A stretch of 64,000 bases of DNA from Candidatus Micrarchaeia archaeon (GCA_038881595.1 JAVZPM010000003.1:18305-82304), one strand, 5' to 3'. Positions 1-10,762 are shown, counted from the stretch's first letter. Translations and numbers: made by a program. Notes: generated by a model from the letters alone, not told the origin.

Positions 1-461
1 AAGAGAACGCTAAGCGCTGCTGCAGTTCCTCCTGCAGATCTTATTGGGCCTGAATAATAAACAGCAAGATACTCTGTGCCATCCTGATTCTGATGAATTT
101 TAACACTTGAAATTCCTTCTGTAGGAGCAACTAGAACTCCTTCTGTAAGAACTGCTGTACCTGTCCTTAATGCCTGCTCTATAAGCTTCTCTTTTCCACC
201 AAAATCTCCGAATTTTCCTTCGATTACTGCCTCTGCTGCCATGAATGCGATCTGTGTTCTTGATTTATCATGTGGCAATGAACGTATGTATTCTGCAATT
301 CCTTTTGGACCTACAATTCCCTCCACTCTGGCTGCAAGATCAGGAGCTGGTACTATCTCAACCGAATCTAAAGGATCGATACCTTTCTTCCTTGCCTCTG
401 TTGCAATCTCGTATATCTTTGAAATTTGTGACTTCATGTATTCGTCTGCAGAATTAATCAT
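1..461 (-). CDS. polC: DNA polymerase D large subunit DP2, N-terminal part (continues beyond window start)
   Basis: Manual translation from ATG at 461: [52 protein letters not shown]...[13 protein letters not shown]...[19 protein letters not shown], the DP2 N-terminal motifs; directly downstream of DP1. Confidence 0.95.
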   Translation of the reverse strand, partial: MINSADEYMKSQISKIYEIATEARKKGIDPLDSVEIVPAPDLAARVEGIVGPKGIAEYIRSLPHDKSRTQIAFMAAEAVIEGKFGDFGGKEKLIEQALRTGTAVLTEGVLVAPTEGISSVKIHQNQDGTEYLAVYYSGPIRSAGGTAAALSVL

Positions 462-465
462 ATTA

Positions 466-1953
466 TCACTCAAATGCAACTTCACTTGTTGAGAAATCAA
501 CATGCGAAACTCTTGCATTATGCATGTCATAAATTCCCATTATTGCAGGTGTTGGGCTAAAACCTCTTCTTAACTGCCATGCAGTTGTCTTGTCAATCCA
601 TGTTCCTCCATTCATTATTACACAACCTCTATACTCTCCATATCCTATCTTATGGATGTGGCCTGTAAGAAACATGTCTATCTCTTCTATAAACATGTAA
701 TCTTGATGCTCAGGGACAATCATACTCTTATCAAATATTGGAGACATGCTTCTTGTCTTTAAAAGTTCTATTGCAATTTCTTCCGGTCTTGCAAGTGATA
801 ATCCTTGAACATCCTGAACTAAGGATTCCATTGTATAACCATGATACATTTGTACCTTAAATCCTTCAATATTCATGAATGCAGGATTTCCAACTGAATA
901 TGTTCTTCCGTCTCTTGCAAGCATATCTTCTCCTAAAGAGGGCTGAGGCTCTGCATGCCTTACTGCATCGTGATTTCCTGGAATTGCAATTATCTTTATA
1001 TGATCTGGCACAAGCTCTAGGAACTGATTGAGAACTTTATATTGCTCGTAAACATCTTTTATAACGAGCTCTTTATCCTGATTTGGATAGATACCGATCC
1101 CATCTACTAAATCACCGCCTAGAAGTAAGTAACCTACTTTTTCCGCCAATTCTTTATGTGGTCCTGAACCGTTAAGCCATTTGATCATATTTTCAAAATT
1201 CTTTGCCATAAAGTGAGAGCTTCCAACATGTATATCTGATATGAATGCGATGGCCATTTCCTTTTCTATCTTTTTCTTTTCTTTGAATGGAAGATCAGGC
1301 CAGGTAACATCTGCAAGAATGTTAAGGTTGGTTCCTTTCTTAATGTCGAATGCTAGAATCTCGTCATTAACGATCCTGTTGCTTTTTTCAAATAACTGTT
1401 TGTTATCCTGATTGTTAAGGACAAGAACAGTTAATTGGCCAGTTGGATCTTCTATCTGAAGCATTATGTGCTTATTCTTTGTAATTGTTTTTGCAGAAAC
1501 TATTCCTATAACTCTGACAGTGTCTCCAACCTTAACATCTCCGAATTTCTCTATATCAATCAATGGAAATTTCGCATTTGTTCTGGATACAAATAGATCC
1601 CTTATTTTCCTGTATCTGTCATTGAAATATTTTACAAAATCATCCAACTCTCCCTTGCACTTTGATTTTCCAGTGATATCATGATCTTCGTAAATTCTGA
1701 ACTCATGGCCATATTCCTTTGCCGTGGGATGAAAATCTGAAGAGCGTTTGACTTCAACAAAATCTGGCTTTTTGATTTGGTTGGTCAATTCTCTTATGTC
1801 TGTTTCTGAAATAAAAGGAGAAGGAAGTGCTGCTATTTTCTCTATTATCTCTGTTATTTGTTCGTCTTTAAGTTCTTTTAATGCCTCTGCCGCACCAGGC
1901 TTCAGAAGCTTATTCTTCTGCCTGACTAGGCGATTGATTTCTTGAATGTCCAT
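466..1953 (-). CDS. polB: DNA polymerase D small subunit DP1 (proofreading exonuclease)
   Basis: OB fold plus calcineurin-like phosphoesterase motifs [29 protein letters not shown]. Confidence 0.95.
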   Translation of the reverse strand: MDIQEINRLVRQKNKLLKPGAAEALKELKDEQITEIIEKIAALPSPFISETDIRELTNQIKKPDFVEVKRSSDFHPTAKEYGHEFRIYEDHDITGKSKCKGELDDFVKYFNDRYRKIRDLFVSRTNAKFPLIDIEKFGDVKVGDTVRVIGIVSAKTITKNKHIMLQIEDPTGQLTVLVLNNQDNKQLFEKSNRIVNDEILAFDIKKGTNLNILADVTWPDLPFKEKKKIEKEMAIAFISDIHVGSSHFMAKNFENMIKWLNGSGPHKELAEKVGYLLLGGDLVDGIGIYPNQDKELVIKDVYEQYKVLNQFLELVPDHIKIIAIPGNHDAVRHAEPQPSLGEDMLARDGRTYSVGNPAFMNIEGFKVQMYHGYTMESLVQDVQGLSLARPEEIAIELLKTRSMSPIFDKSMIVPEHQDYMFIEEIDMFLTGHIHKIGYGEYRGCVIMNGGTWIDKTTAWQLRRGFSPTPAIMGIYDMHNARVSHVDFSTSEVAFE

Positions 1954-2140
1954 AAAATCACTGATGCTTACGCATCAAAACACGCGCATAAGACGCAGTG
2001 TCACAAAAGAATAATATGTTATTGCAGCTATGTATTTTTATATCTTGTCTAAGTTCGCTTCTAGTGATTATTTTATAAAAATATTAACGGTTAGGTTCAG
2101 AAAAAAGAAAGATTAAATACTCTTAACAATAAAGAATATT

Positions 2141-3487
2141 ATGGCCCAACTGACAATAGAACCAATAAAACAAGATGTTTATTTAGAACAAGCAAAGAAA
2201 GTATTTGAATCCGCAAACATAAAGGCAAATGAAAATGAAATTAGAAAGATACAGGAATTTCTGAAAAAAAGTGACAGATGGGTTTCATCACAAATAAACC
2301 TAACAAAAATTTTATTGAATACCAAGGACAAAGAACTGCTTTTGAAGATTATTGACACTATTGACAAATTAGACACCAATTCAAAAATTAAAGGACAGCT
2401 ATTGAGTGGAATTGCAAATCTTTCTGATGATAAAGTTAAAAGTGAAATAAATGCAGCTGTTTATTACATCCAAACTGAAGAGATGAATAATATAATTACT
2501 AATTATGAAAGCATATGCGGATTGGATGAAATTGTTTTTAGAATAGGAAGGATTGGGATAAGAAAGAACAAGAGGGAAGTGAAAGAGATAATGAAGATTT
2601 TTAGTGAGAAAGAAACTGTGGATGCAGTAAAGAAACTAACTGAAAAACACAAAGACGCTGAACAGAAAGTAATTGCTGTAGGAGAAGTCATTCACTTGAT
2701 ATCTAATTCAGAAATTAAGGATTTCATAGAATTAAGAAAGAATATTGCTGATATAGTGCCTGTAATAAAAGAAGAATACAATATAACTCATTTCGGAAGG
2801 CATTCTTCAAGATTCATTTTTCAGCTATATAACTATGCAATAGGCACTATTAACAATGAAAGTGAAAAAGAGGGAATTGGAAATAGTAAAAAAGAAAAGA
2901 AAAAGGAAAGAATTTTTATATTCGCTTATTCTTATTCTGATCACAATGGTGCGTTCTACAGCGACTCAAAGCATAACGATGCATTAAGCAAATATGGAAA
3001 GACCATCGCGATAGAGGCGAGTAGTGATGTTGAACTCATGCTGATGATTGAAAAAATGTACAAGAAACATGGCTCTTTCAATGGTATTTTTATTGCAGGG
3101 CATGGAGAGCCAACAAGAGTAAAATTAGGAAAGGATGATATGCCTTACTCTCTTTTTGATGTCAGCGACTATGATATTATGTCTAAGATAGGAAGCATGA
3201 TTGATAAAGAGGATAAAAACAGCTTTATTGCGCTCATATCCTGTTCAACTGGAAATGAGCAAAGCACAAGATCTCTGGCAAATATAATGGCATCGGCAGC
3301 AAATGTACCTTATGTCTATGCGCCAGAAGACAGTTTTACAAAGTATAGTCTAAATATTGAAGAAGAAAATAAAGAAAAAAAGAAAAAAACAGGCCAAAAA
3401 ATAACGGAAGAAAGAATAACAGTAGCTTATTATCATGAAAAAGGAACGGTACAGACAATGGAATTTGGAATCAAAAAAAGAGAATAA
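2141..3487 (+). CDS. Hypothetical protein with C-terminal caspase/CHAT-like (clan CD) His-Cys domain
   Basis: 448 aa ORF; IAGHG and LISCSTG motifs each follow a hydrophobic beta strand. Confidence 0.55.
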   Translation: MAQLTIEPIKQDVYLEQAKKVFESANIKANENEIRKIQEFLKKSDRWVSSQINLTKILLNTKDKELLLKIIDTIDKLDTNSKIKGQLLSGIANLSDDKVKSEINAAVYYIQTEEMNNIITNYESICGLDEIVFRIGRIGIRKNKREVKEIMKIFSEKETVDAVKKLTEKHKDAEQKVIAVGEVIHLISNSEIKDFIELRKNIADIVPVIKEEYNITHFGRHSSRFIFQLYNYAIGTINNESEKEGIGNSKKEKKKERIFIFAYSYSDHNGAFYSDSKHNDALSKYGKTIAIEASSDVELMLMIEKMYKKHGSFNGIFIAGHGEPTRVKLGKDDMPYSLFDVSDYDIMSKIGSMIDKEDKNSFIALISCSTGNEQSTRSLANIMASAANVPYVYAPEDSFTKYSLNIEEENKEKKKKTGQKITEERITVAYYHEKGTVQTMEFGIKKRE

Positions 3488-3557
3488 AGGATGGAGAGAA
3501 TAAGGTCAAGATTAAAAAATAATAAATTATAGGAATAATATAGCTAGAAAATAAAAT

Positions 3558-3824
3558 CTAATTAGAAATAGATTCTAATGCAGAAAGAATTTGCCAAACT
3601 TGAGTTCTTGCATGCTGAGGAAGATTTATATCTTCGCTTATTTCTTGAATGTAATAAATAGCTGCTCCTGCTCTGATTGTCGGGTCTCCTTTCTCCGTCA
3701 ATCTCTTTTTTGCATCCTCAATTGCTTTCTTTACGTTTCTTGGGACACTCACATCTTCGAGCATAAGATCTATGAGTGAAATTATCTGTGAAATTTTTTG
3801 TTCTTTATCATTCTTCTTAGGCAT
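3558..3824 (-). CDS. UPF0147 family protein
   Basis: DVSVPRNVKK...EISEDINLPQHARTQVWQILSALES signature. Confidence 0.9.
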   Translation of the reverse strand: MPKKNDKEQKISQIISLIDLMLEDVSVPRNVKKAIEDAKKRLTEKGDPTIRAGAAIYYIQEISEDINLPQHARTQVWQILSALESISN

Positions 3825-3858
3825 GAAACCACCTCGGATGCCATTTAGATTGACTAAG

Positions 3859-4007
3859 CGGGCCCAGAGGGATTCGAACCCTCGACCTTCAGCTCGCTTC
3901 GAAACTTTCTCGTTAAGAAAGTTTCATCAAAGAATTTCTGATGAAACTCTTTTCTTAAAAGAGTTTCTTAGAAGGCTGCCGCTCTATCCAGACTGAGCTA
4001 TGGGCCC
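3859..4007 (-). tRNA. tRNA-Arg(TCT) with 74-nt intron at 37/38 (3895-3968)
   Basis: Acceptor stem GGGCCCA/TGGGCCC, T arm GAGGG-TTCGAAT-CCCTC, anticodon TCT at 3972-3970, canonical bulge-helix-bulge (CTTC/GAAG central helix). Confidence 0.95.
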
Positions 4008-4103
4008 ATGAAATATAATACATAATTGCATTAAAAATACTAACAATTATTAACTGTTTAAATTTAAAAAGATTAGTATTTTGACATTTCAATTGTTGTA
4101 TTG

Positions 4104-4628
4104 TTATTTTTTCCTTGACTTGTATGCTGCTACAACTATTTCTGCAATCTGTTCAGGCGTAAATTTCTCTGTGTTTATTTCAAGATCGAAATTTGAATGT
4201 TCGAAAATATCTATTCCATACAATGCAAGGTATCTTCCTCTATTGTGATTGTCTCTCTCTTGAACGTGCTTCATTGCCTGTCTTAATCCCATTCCATCTC
4301 TTTTAGAAATCCTTTCAGCTCTTACCTTTTGAGAAGCAGACAACCAGACTCTTAATTTTGCCTCTGGCAGAAGCCATGGGCCTAGCCAAGTTGAAATTAC
4401 TGAGTCTGATTTCCTTGCCTCCTTTGCAACCATCTTGTCAAATTCTCTGTCGATAGTAAGGTCTTTTTCAACATATGCATGATACTCCATAAGTGATATA
4501 CCCATCTGCTTTGCTGCATCCTTAAATGAAAGTTTTACTCTATTAAAACCTAGTTTTTTCGCGACGAGATCTGCTACTGTATCCTTTCCTGACCCAACCA
4601 ATCCGCTTATACAGATTATTTCAACCAT
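4104..4628 (-). CDS. cmk: Cytidylate kinase (archaeal type)
   Basis: ISGLVGSGKDT P-loop, RYLALYGIDI motif, position at end of r-protein operon. Confidence 0.9.
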   Translation of the reverse strand: MVEIICISGLVGSGKDTVADLVAKKLGFNRVKLSFKDAAKQMGISLMEYHAYVEKDLTIDREFDKMVAKEARKSDSVISTWLGPWLLPEAKLRVWLSASQKVRAERISKRDGMGLRQAMKHVQERDNHNRGRYLALYGIDIFEHSNFDLEINTEKFTPEQIAEIVVAAYKSRKK

Positions 4629-4681
4629 ATAATCTCCTCTCTTTGAAAAACATTTAGAAAAATCGGATTAAAAATAAGAAA

Positions 4682-5167
4682 TCAATTCTTCTTTTCTTTA
4701 CCTTTAATTTTACCTACTAAAAGCTGGGTGAAACCTCCAAGGAAAATGAATGAGAGCCAGAACCAACCATATGCACCGAATGTATCTCTGAATGTAACAC
4801 TAAATAAGGTGGGTCTGAATGGAACTGGGATCTGAAATGGAAGTGTTATTGTGAAATTAGGGAACAAAGATTGAATAAATGGGGGGACTAGCATTGCAAA
4901 TGGAAGAAGAATTGCTAAAGACATGAATTGAAGCTTAAGAAGTTCGAATGAATTTTTCTGGGATTCCTTTAGCTTAGGCTCAAGTTCATCGAGTTTTTTC
5001 ATATCTTTCTTTGCCAATGCCTTGAAATACTCCTTATTCAATTCATTGTTAAATTTTTGTATTTCCTGCATTCTTGTTGAAATGTTCAGTTTTTTAAGAA
5101 CATAGGTTATCGCAAACGATGATATTATGGCAGTAACTGAAATTATTATCATAACTGCCGTATCCAT
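4682..5167 (-). CDS. EMC3/TMCO1 (DUF106) Oxa1-superfamily membrane insertase
   Basis: TM - coiled coil - TM - TM layout, GWFW motif, conserved position after adk. Confidence 0.85.
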   Translation of the reverse strand: MDTAVMIIISVTAIISSFAITYVLKKLNISTRMQEIQKFNNELNKEYFKALAKKDMKKLDELEPKLKESQKNSFELLKLQFMSLAILLPFAMLVPPFIQSLFPNFTITLPFQIPVPFRPTLFSVTFRDTFGAYGWFWLSFIFLGGFTQLLVGKIKGKEKKN

Positions 5168-5342
5168 ATAAATCCACCTTTTACCCCAGATATTTAAGAT
5201 TTATTATAATTAACCCACCAAACAACTTGAATATAGATGTAGTTGAATATAAAATATATATGTATGACATAATATAAATGCAAACAGAATATAAAAATCT
5301 TTTGAAAGGAGGAAAAATACAAATGTATTTTTAGAGACGTTA

Positions 5343-5933
5343 CTATATTTTCCATAAATAAATTTTAGATACGATTCTATTCAATTCCATCACACTTTCC
5401 TTTAGCTTTCCTTTTCTATTTATAAGGATGTAATAAGGTTTTCCGGTTGCTGCCGAATAAACATTTATCATTGAAAGAGAAACCTCACGAAGATCATTAA
5501 TATCATTGGCAGTAAAAGTTGGGCGTTTTCTGCTAACATCTAATTCTCTCCTTTCAAGAATCTCATTAGTTGGAGCGTCTATAAAAATAAACGCATCGAT
5601 AGGCACTGAGGAAAGAAGTTCGTATGACAAACCCGGCATAAAGCCAGATGGTTTTTTAAGAGCAGCATGGGTGTCAAGAAAAAGAATACGTCCAATTTTT
5701 GATTCTTTTTTTTCTATCGAACTTATTTCAGATATTGCTAAATTCTGAATTTTTTTATGCTTGGATTCTGGCAGATTATTGATTTCGTCTCTATTAGTTA
5801 TATTGAATTCATTTTTTGCAAACCTTAAAACAATATCTCCATAGTTTAGTACTGAAATTTTTTTATTTTTCTTTATTAGCTCCCTTAGAAGTGTAGACTT
5901 CCCGACTCCAGGAAGTCCCATTATAACAATCAT
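5343..5933 (-). CDS. adkA: Adenylate kinase (archaeal type)
   Basis: GLPGVGKST, NYGD, LDTHA, GFMPGL motifs; follows secY. Confidence 0.92.
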   Translation of the reverse strand: MIVIMGLPGVGKSTLLRELIKKNKKISVLNYGDIVLRFAKNEFNITNRDEINNLPESKHKKIQNLAISEISSIEKKESKIGRILFLDTHAALKKPSGFMPGLSYELLSSVPIDAFIFIDAPTNEILERRELDVSRKRPTFTANDINDLREVSLSMINVYSAATGKPYYILINRKGKLKESVMELNRIVSKIYLWKI

Positions 5934-5980
5934 TTATTGCACCGCCTATAAAAGAAAAGATTTTCAATATATTAAAGCGA

Positions 5981-7423
5981 TTAACCTTTCAAGAATTTTG
6001 TAATTCCTGGATACATCTCAAGAAGGTTCTGTTGTTTGAAATCTTCATAGAACTTGGATATTATTCCAACTGTAAGAAGAATTCCTGTTCCAGTTCCTAT
6101 TGCACCAGTAAGGTCTGCAAGCACCGCAAGGAAACCTACGAACATACTTCCGAGTATTGCAATAGTTGTTATATACTTGTCAAGAAGCTGTTCAATAATT
6201 CTTGGATCGGACCTGAAGCCAGGTATAGAAAGGCCTGTCTGTGTTATCTGTTCTGCGACAGCAGATGCAGACATGTTTGATGCCTCCATCCAGAATCTTC
6301 CAAATATAACACATAATGTAACATACACAATAAAATAGATCAGGATGTGCACTATCTCTGGTATTCCAAACAAAGGAGTTGAACCTGAAATTGTAGCTAT
6401 ATAACCCTCATAAGAACCCACATATAATGGGTTTGTTATAGGTGAAATCATGTAAAGAATTCCATCTCTCAATTGTCCGTTCGCGTCTACCAATCCGATG
6501 TAAGGTATTATGTCTGTCTCGCCTATCATAAAGCTGTGGTTGTAAAGCAAAGCTCTTGACAAAAGCTGGATATTCATTAACAATGCTGATGTAAGAATAA
6601 CTGGAAGAACTGAAACATAAAGAAGCTTTACTGGGAAGCGTGTTCCAAATCCTCTGAATGTCAACGGAATTTCAACTTTCACACCCTCTGCATATACTGA
6701 AAGAACTATTATGACAAACATAAATATAATCGGCAACAATGCTATGAGTGCAGATGGAATTGCACCTGAACCCCCTACAGCCAATCTTCCAATAACTGTC
6801 TGTGCAGGATCTATTCCATGACCTCCAAAGATTAATGAGATGCTACCCTGTACAACTGCCAATGAAACTCCTGCTGCGATAAACAATGAAATTCCAGAGC
6901 CAATTCCATATCTTGAAACCACCTCATCTAAGAATATTAAAAGTATGGATGTAAATGCAATCTGCGCTATTATCAATCCTATTGCAAGAGATGCAGATGG
7001 AAAGTTTGGATCTGGTCCGACGTAAACGCCAGGAATTACAAACAATGCTGCCTCCACTATTGAAAGCACTATTGCAAGAACTTTCTGTGTTGCACTGAAT
7101 CTTCTCTTGTCAGCAGGATCATGCGGATCAAACTCAATAATCTTTGCTCCTGCAAAGAGCTGCAAAAAGATTGATGCAAGAATTATTGGACCGATACCGA
7201 TTGTCAACAATGTTCCTGTTTTACTTGCAAGAACTGTTTGAATGAATTCAAGAAAAGTTCCTCCTTTGAGCTCCCCTGCAAAAGGAACAATGTGATACAT
7301 GGTGAAAAAGAGAATAAGTACAAGAAGGGTCCAGAATATCTTTTCATTCAAACTTAATGGACGATCTGGATTTTTAACTTCGGGAAGAAATGGAATTATT
7401 GGCTCAATAAAATTTAATTTCAA
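5981..7423 (-). CDS. secY: Preprotein translocase subunit SecY (TTG start)
   Basis: Multi-TM protein; IGIGPII, YGIGSGISLFIAAGV, IPGFRSD, GTGTGILLTVGI motifs. Confidence 0.98.
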   Translation of the reverse strand: MKLNFIEPIIPFLPEVKNPDRPLSLNEKIFWTLLVLILFFTMYHIVPFAGELKGGTFLEFIQTVLASKTGTLLTIGIGPIILASIFLQLFAGAKIIEFDPHDPADKRRFSATQKVLAIVLSIVEAALFVIPGVYVGPDPNFPSASLAIGLIIAQIAFTSILLIFLDEVVSRYGIGSGISLFIAAGVSLAVVQGSISLIFGGHGIDPAQTVIGRLAVGGSGAIPSALIALLPIIFMFVIIVLSVYAEGVKVEIPLTFRGFGTRFPVKLLYVSVLPVILTSALLMNIQLLSRALLYNHSFMIGETDIIPYIGLVDANGQLRDGILYMISPITNPLYVGSYEGYIATISGSTPLFGIPEIVHILIYFIVYVTLCVIFGRFWMEASNMSASAVAEQITQTGLSIPGFRSDPRIIEQLLDKYITTIAILGSMFVGFLAVLADLTGAIGTGTGILLTVGIISKFYEDFKQQNLLEMYPGITKFLKG

Positions 7424-7484
7424 CTAACACACCTCTCCATTACTATTTTTCAATATTTGGTAGATCTACAGTTTATTCTAGAAA

Positions 7485-7922
7485 TTATTGGTTTTCTTCT
7501 GCACCCACTATCTTTGCTTCCAATTTGCCTCCTGCTGCTTCTATCTTTTTCTTTGCAGATTCTGTTGCTGCTACTGCTTTAACGTGGACTGGAACAGATA
7601 TTGAACCTGAACCAAGTATCTTTCCAGGGAAATTAAATACAAACATTGAACCTGATTTCTCAAGCTTTCCTGCAGTTGCCTTGTCATTTATTTCTCTTAC
7701 ATTAATGCATTCTAATTTTTGAGATGCGTTTTTATTAACGAAACCGTGCTTTCCAAAGTGATCTGGTTCGTACTTTAGTATCCATGTCCATCTGTGTTTG
7801 TGTGCACCCGCATACCCTTTTCCTCCTCTGCTTCCTTTTCCTCTTCTATTTTTTGTATTTCCTGCTCCAAATGTTCTACTTCCGAGATACTTCTTGTATT
7901 TGCTCTTAATTCTTCTTACCAT
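7485..7922 (-). CDS. rpl15: 50S ribosomal protein uL15
   Basis: RGKGSRGGKGYAG, KILGSG, KIEAAGG. Confidence 0.96.
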   Translation of the reverse strand: MVRRIKSKYKKYLGSRTFGAGNTKNRRGKGSRGGKGYAGAHKHRWTWILKYEPDHFGKHGFVNKNASQKLECINVREINDKATAGKLEKSGSMFVFNFPGKILGSGSISVPVHVKAVAATESAKKKIEAAGGKLEAKIVGAEENQ

Positions 7923-7965
7923 AAATATCACCAACTTAATCCAAATTCAATTCCATAATGAATTA

Positions 7966-8388
7966 TTACACCATTCTTAATATTAATTCATCCATTTCTT
8001 TTCCTCTCGGACCAAGAGCACCATCTGGATATCTGAGTTTTATATTTCCCCATCCTTTTCTTGGAGAGTGAAGCCTAAAAACAGGCTTTATCTTTACTTC
8101 CTCTCCTTTTTCAATTGATTTAACTATCGAATCAACATCTTTTTCATCCACTCTCTTATTTCCTGGAAGTCGTCCTCTTTTTAAAACTAATTCTCTAAGG
8201 GTTTCTTGACTTATTTCTCCCCATGTAATGTAATCCTTAGCTACATTTAACATTCCTTCTAATTGTTTTGTCATTTTCGGATAAACAACACAGTGATGCT
8301 TCTTGTGCAATCTAAGGAGTTCCATTGTCTTTCTGATGTCAGGCTTTATACCTGCAACACCACGAACACGAACTATTGCTATAACCAT
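7966..8388 (-). CDS. rpl30: 50S ribosomal protein uL30
   Basis: AIVRVRG, KDYITWGE, FRLHSPRKG. Confidence 0.96.
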   Translation of the reverse strand: MVIAIVRVRGVAGIKPDIRKTMELLRLHKKHHCVVYPKMTKQLEGMLNVAKDYITWGEISQETLRELVLKRGRLPGNKRVDEKDVDSIVKSIEKGEEVKIKPVFRLHSPRKGWGNIKLRYPDGALGPRGKEMDELILRMV

Positions 8389-8448
8389 ATCAACCACTTC
8401 ATATTTTTAACATAATATACTTCAATTCTATTTTAGATGCACATAAAT

Positions 8449-9111
8449 CTAACTGAATTCTTTCTTAACTCTTATTCTATTTAGCTGGTCAAGAGCATCT
8501 ACTACGGCCATAGAGGTATTAAACCTATTCTTCGTTCTTCCCTCTGCCTTTGTCCAGATGTCCTTAATTCCTGCAAGCTGAAGAACTTTCTTAACTATTT
8601 TGTTTGCTACTATTCCTGTTCCTCTAGGTGCAGGCCTTAATGTAATTCTAACACCACCATGCTTTCCTGTGACTTGTATTGGAAGTGAATGCTTTGAACC
8701 ACAGTCACATTGTGATGAACCACAACCAAGATTTACGTGGATTATATTGTATTTTGCATCTCTTACTGCTGCCTCTATTGCAGGCCTTACTTCGTCAGCC
8801 TTTCCTTGGCCAATACCTATATATTCCTGTCCATCTCCTACCACTACAACTGCTCTATATTTTGATTTTCTACCTGAGTCAGTCATACGCTGAGTTGTAG
8901 ACAATTCAATTGTTTCCTGCATAAGATTTGGCAATAAAACATCAACTATCTCTGATTCTAATATCGGCTTTCCTGATTTAAGAACATCATAAAGACTAAC
9001 TATTTCCTTTGCCTTTACCTTTCTTCCAAGTTCTGTCTTAGGATTCCATGAATCTAATAAAGACTGTTCAACTGCAGAAGCTCTTTTTTGTTTTCCTTTC
9101 CTAAGTTTCAT
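8449..9111 (-). CDS. rps5: 30S ribosomal protein uS5
   Basis: WNPKTELG, QRMTDSGR, PAPRGTGIVA. Confidence 0.97.
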   Translation of the reverse strand: MKLRKGKQKRASAVEQSLLDSWNPKTELGRKVKAKEIVSLYDVLKSGKPILESEIVDVLLPNLMQETIELSTTQRMTDSGRKSKYRAVVVVGDGQEYIGIGQGKADEVRPAIEAAVRDAKYNIIHVNLGCGSSQCDCGSKHSLPIQVTGKHGGVRITLRPAPRGTGIVANKIVKKVLQLAGIKDIWTKAEGRTKNRFNTSMAVVDALDQLNRIRVKKEFS

Positions 9112-9173
9112 CAAATCAACCTCATACAAATCAAAATTTAATTAACACTATAATAAACCAAGAAGTCTATATC

Positions 9174-9791
9174 TTATGCCTTCTTATTTTTCTTTGAATT
9201 TATTTCCCCAAAGTTCTCTTTTGAGATTTGTTCCTTTACTTTTTCAAATAATAAATTAATCTCTTCCGGTTTTATTCCTTTTTTCAGATATTGTGAGAAG
9301 AATTTGTTATACTTTTCAGTTCCTGCAATTTGCTTTGCGTAATCAGATATGTGCTTTCCACTTATTCTTTCTTCATCGAATTCTATCTCTCCAACTGGAA
9401 CCTCTAATCCTGCATCAATCGCTCCTTTTACACATGCGAAAAGGAATGAACCTTTTGAAGGTGTATGCAAACCAGAATCAAGAACAACTGATTTCGTTCC
9501 TGCAGCTAATGCTCTCTTTGCACAAATGAAGCCAACTAAGTATGCTGAAGGAAGATTTGCTGATTGCTTCCAGCCATATTTTTCAAGTTCACGTGCATCT
9601 GCTCTTGCAATTACTTCATCATGAGTTGGAGTAAAACCTATACATTGTGCGATTACATTTCTATTCGACTTCCTTACAACAAATCTTGGAAGTCCAGATT
9701 TAAGTAATGCTAATCTCTTTCTGTAGTTTGTGAGATTAAGCCTCCTTCTCTTGAAAGCCAATTTGTATGTTGGTCCTGTTGCCTTTGCCAT
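9174..9791 (-). CDS. rpl18: 50S ribosomal protein uL18
   Basis: TNYRKRLALLKSG, NLPSAYLVG, GAIDAGLEVP. Confidence 0.97.
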   Translation of the reverse strand: MAKATGPTYKLAFKRRRLNLTNYRKRLALLKSGLPRFVVRKSNRNVIAQCIGFTPTHDEVIARADARELEKYGWKQSANLPSAYLVGFICAKRALAAGTKSVVLDSGLHTPSKGSFLFACVKGAIDAGLEVPVGEIEFDEERISGKHISDYAKQIAGTEKYNKFFSQYLKKGIKPEEINLLFEKVKEQISKENFGEINSKKNKKA

Positions 9792-9853
9792 AATTATCAC
9801 TTCATTTTAAACATAATCTAATATTCATATACTCATAATATTATTTACATAGA

Positions 9854-10327
9854 TTATTTCTTCTCCTTTGTCTGATTTGATTTGAGGTATCCTTTCTCTG
9901 TCAGATAAAGGAGAACTCTGGATCTATCTGGGAAAGCTCCACCTTTAATCTTTAGATAAGTTTCTCTATATGCTGCATTATTTATGAACAAACCTCTTTT
10001 CTTAAATGACTTAATCAGTTCTCTTTGTGCTCTTATTCTATTAATCCAAACCTTCTTTCCTCCTGCTCTTGCAGAGTGTGTTCCTCTTCTTCTTGCAGTT
10101 TTATGCGCTCTTCCTAACCTTCTTTCTTCGTCATGGATTCTTCCAATTGCTCTAGAAACGCCTTTCTTCTTTTCAACAAGTATGGCTTTCTGTTTTATAA
10201 GAGCACGAACATCGTCTTTTGTAACTGCTTTCTCTATTTCAGATAATCTTGATGGATCGAATTTTATTCTGCTTATTCCTGCACCCGTTATCTGGGATGC
10301 CATTCTTCTTATTGATGACATTGACAT
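9854..10327 (-). CDS. rpl19e: 50S ribosomal protein eL19
   Basis: KKGVSR, RRGTHSAR, WINRIRAQR, YLKIKGGAF. Confidence 0.95.
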   Translation of the reverse strand: MSMSSIRRMASQITGAGISRIKFDPSRLSEIEKAVTKDDVRALIKQKAILVEKKKGVSRAIGRIHDEERRLGRAHKTARRRGTHSARAGGKKVWINRIRAQRELIKSFKKRGLFINNAAYRETYLKIKGGAFPDRSRVLLYLTEKGYLKSNQTKEKK

Positions 10328-10348
10328 AAATTTCACCTACGAATATGA

Positions 10349-10705
10349 TTACTGCTTTTGATGCTTCACACTTATTGGATTAAGAACATGGATATTCATC
10401 TCCTTTGCTTTCTTAATGATTAATTCTCTTTTTTTAGCACCAACTGCAGCTGCGATTCTTATCGCAACTCCCTTCTCAGTGATTCCATCCATGTCTTTTA
10501 ATGAACGTACAAGAACCTCTTTAAAACCTGAAGGATGAAAATCTCTGTCATCTCTTGCACTTCTCCATCCTACATTAGGAGATGCACCCATTATCTTCTT
10601 ACCTATTCTTTTCTTGTTATCTATTCCTCTGGGTTTTCTCCACCTAAGCTTCACTCTTTTCTTTCTTCCGTAGTTTGGTGGAAGAAATTTTGGATGTTTT
10701 CTCAT
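10349..10705 (-). CDS. rpl32e: 50S ribosomal protein eL32
   Basis: WRKPRGIDNK, HPSGFKEVLV, VLNP. Confidence 0.97.
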   Translation of the reverse strand: MRKHPKFLPPNYGRKKRVKLRWRKPRGIDNKKRIGKKIMGASPNVGWRSARDDRDFHPSGFKEVLVRSLKDMDGITEKGVAIRIAAAVGAKKRELIIKKAKEMNIHVLNPISVKHQKQ

Positions 10706-10762
10706 AACATAACACCTTGATTATAATTTTAATATATAACTATAAACGACACAAGCGAATTG

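Noticed and set aside
3772..3996. 74-aa ORF here, and similar ORFs at 36358-36642 and 43717-43941
   Set aside because: They overlap tRNA genes
4008..4700. eL34 and eL14 absent around cmk
   Set aside because: Patchy across archaea and may lie elsewhere; cannot be judged from this window
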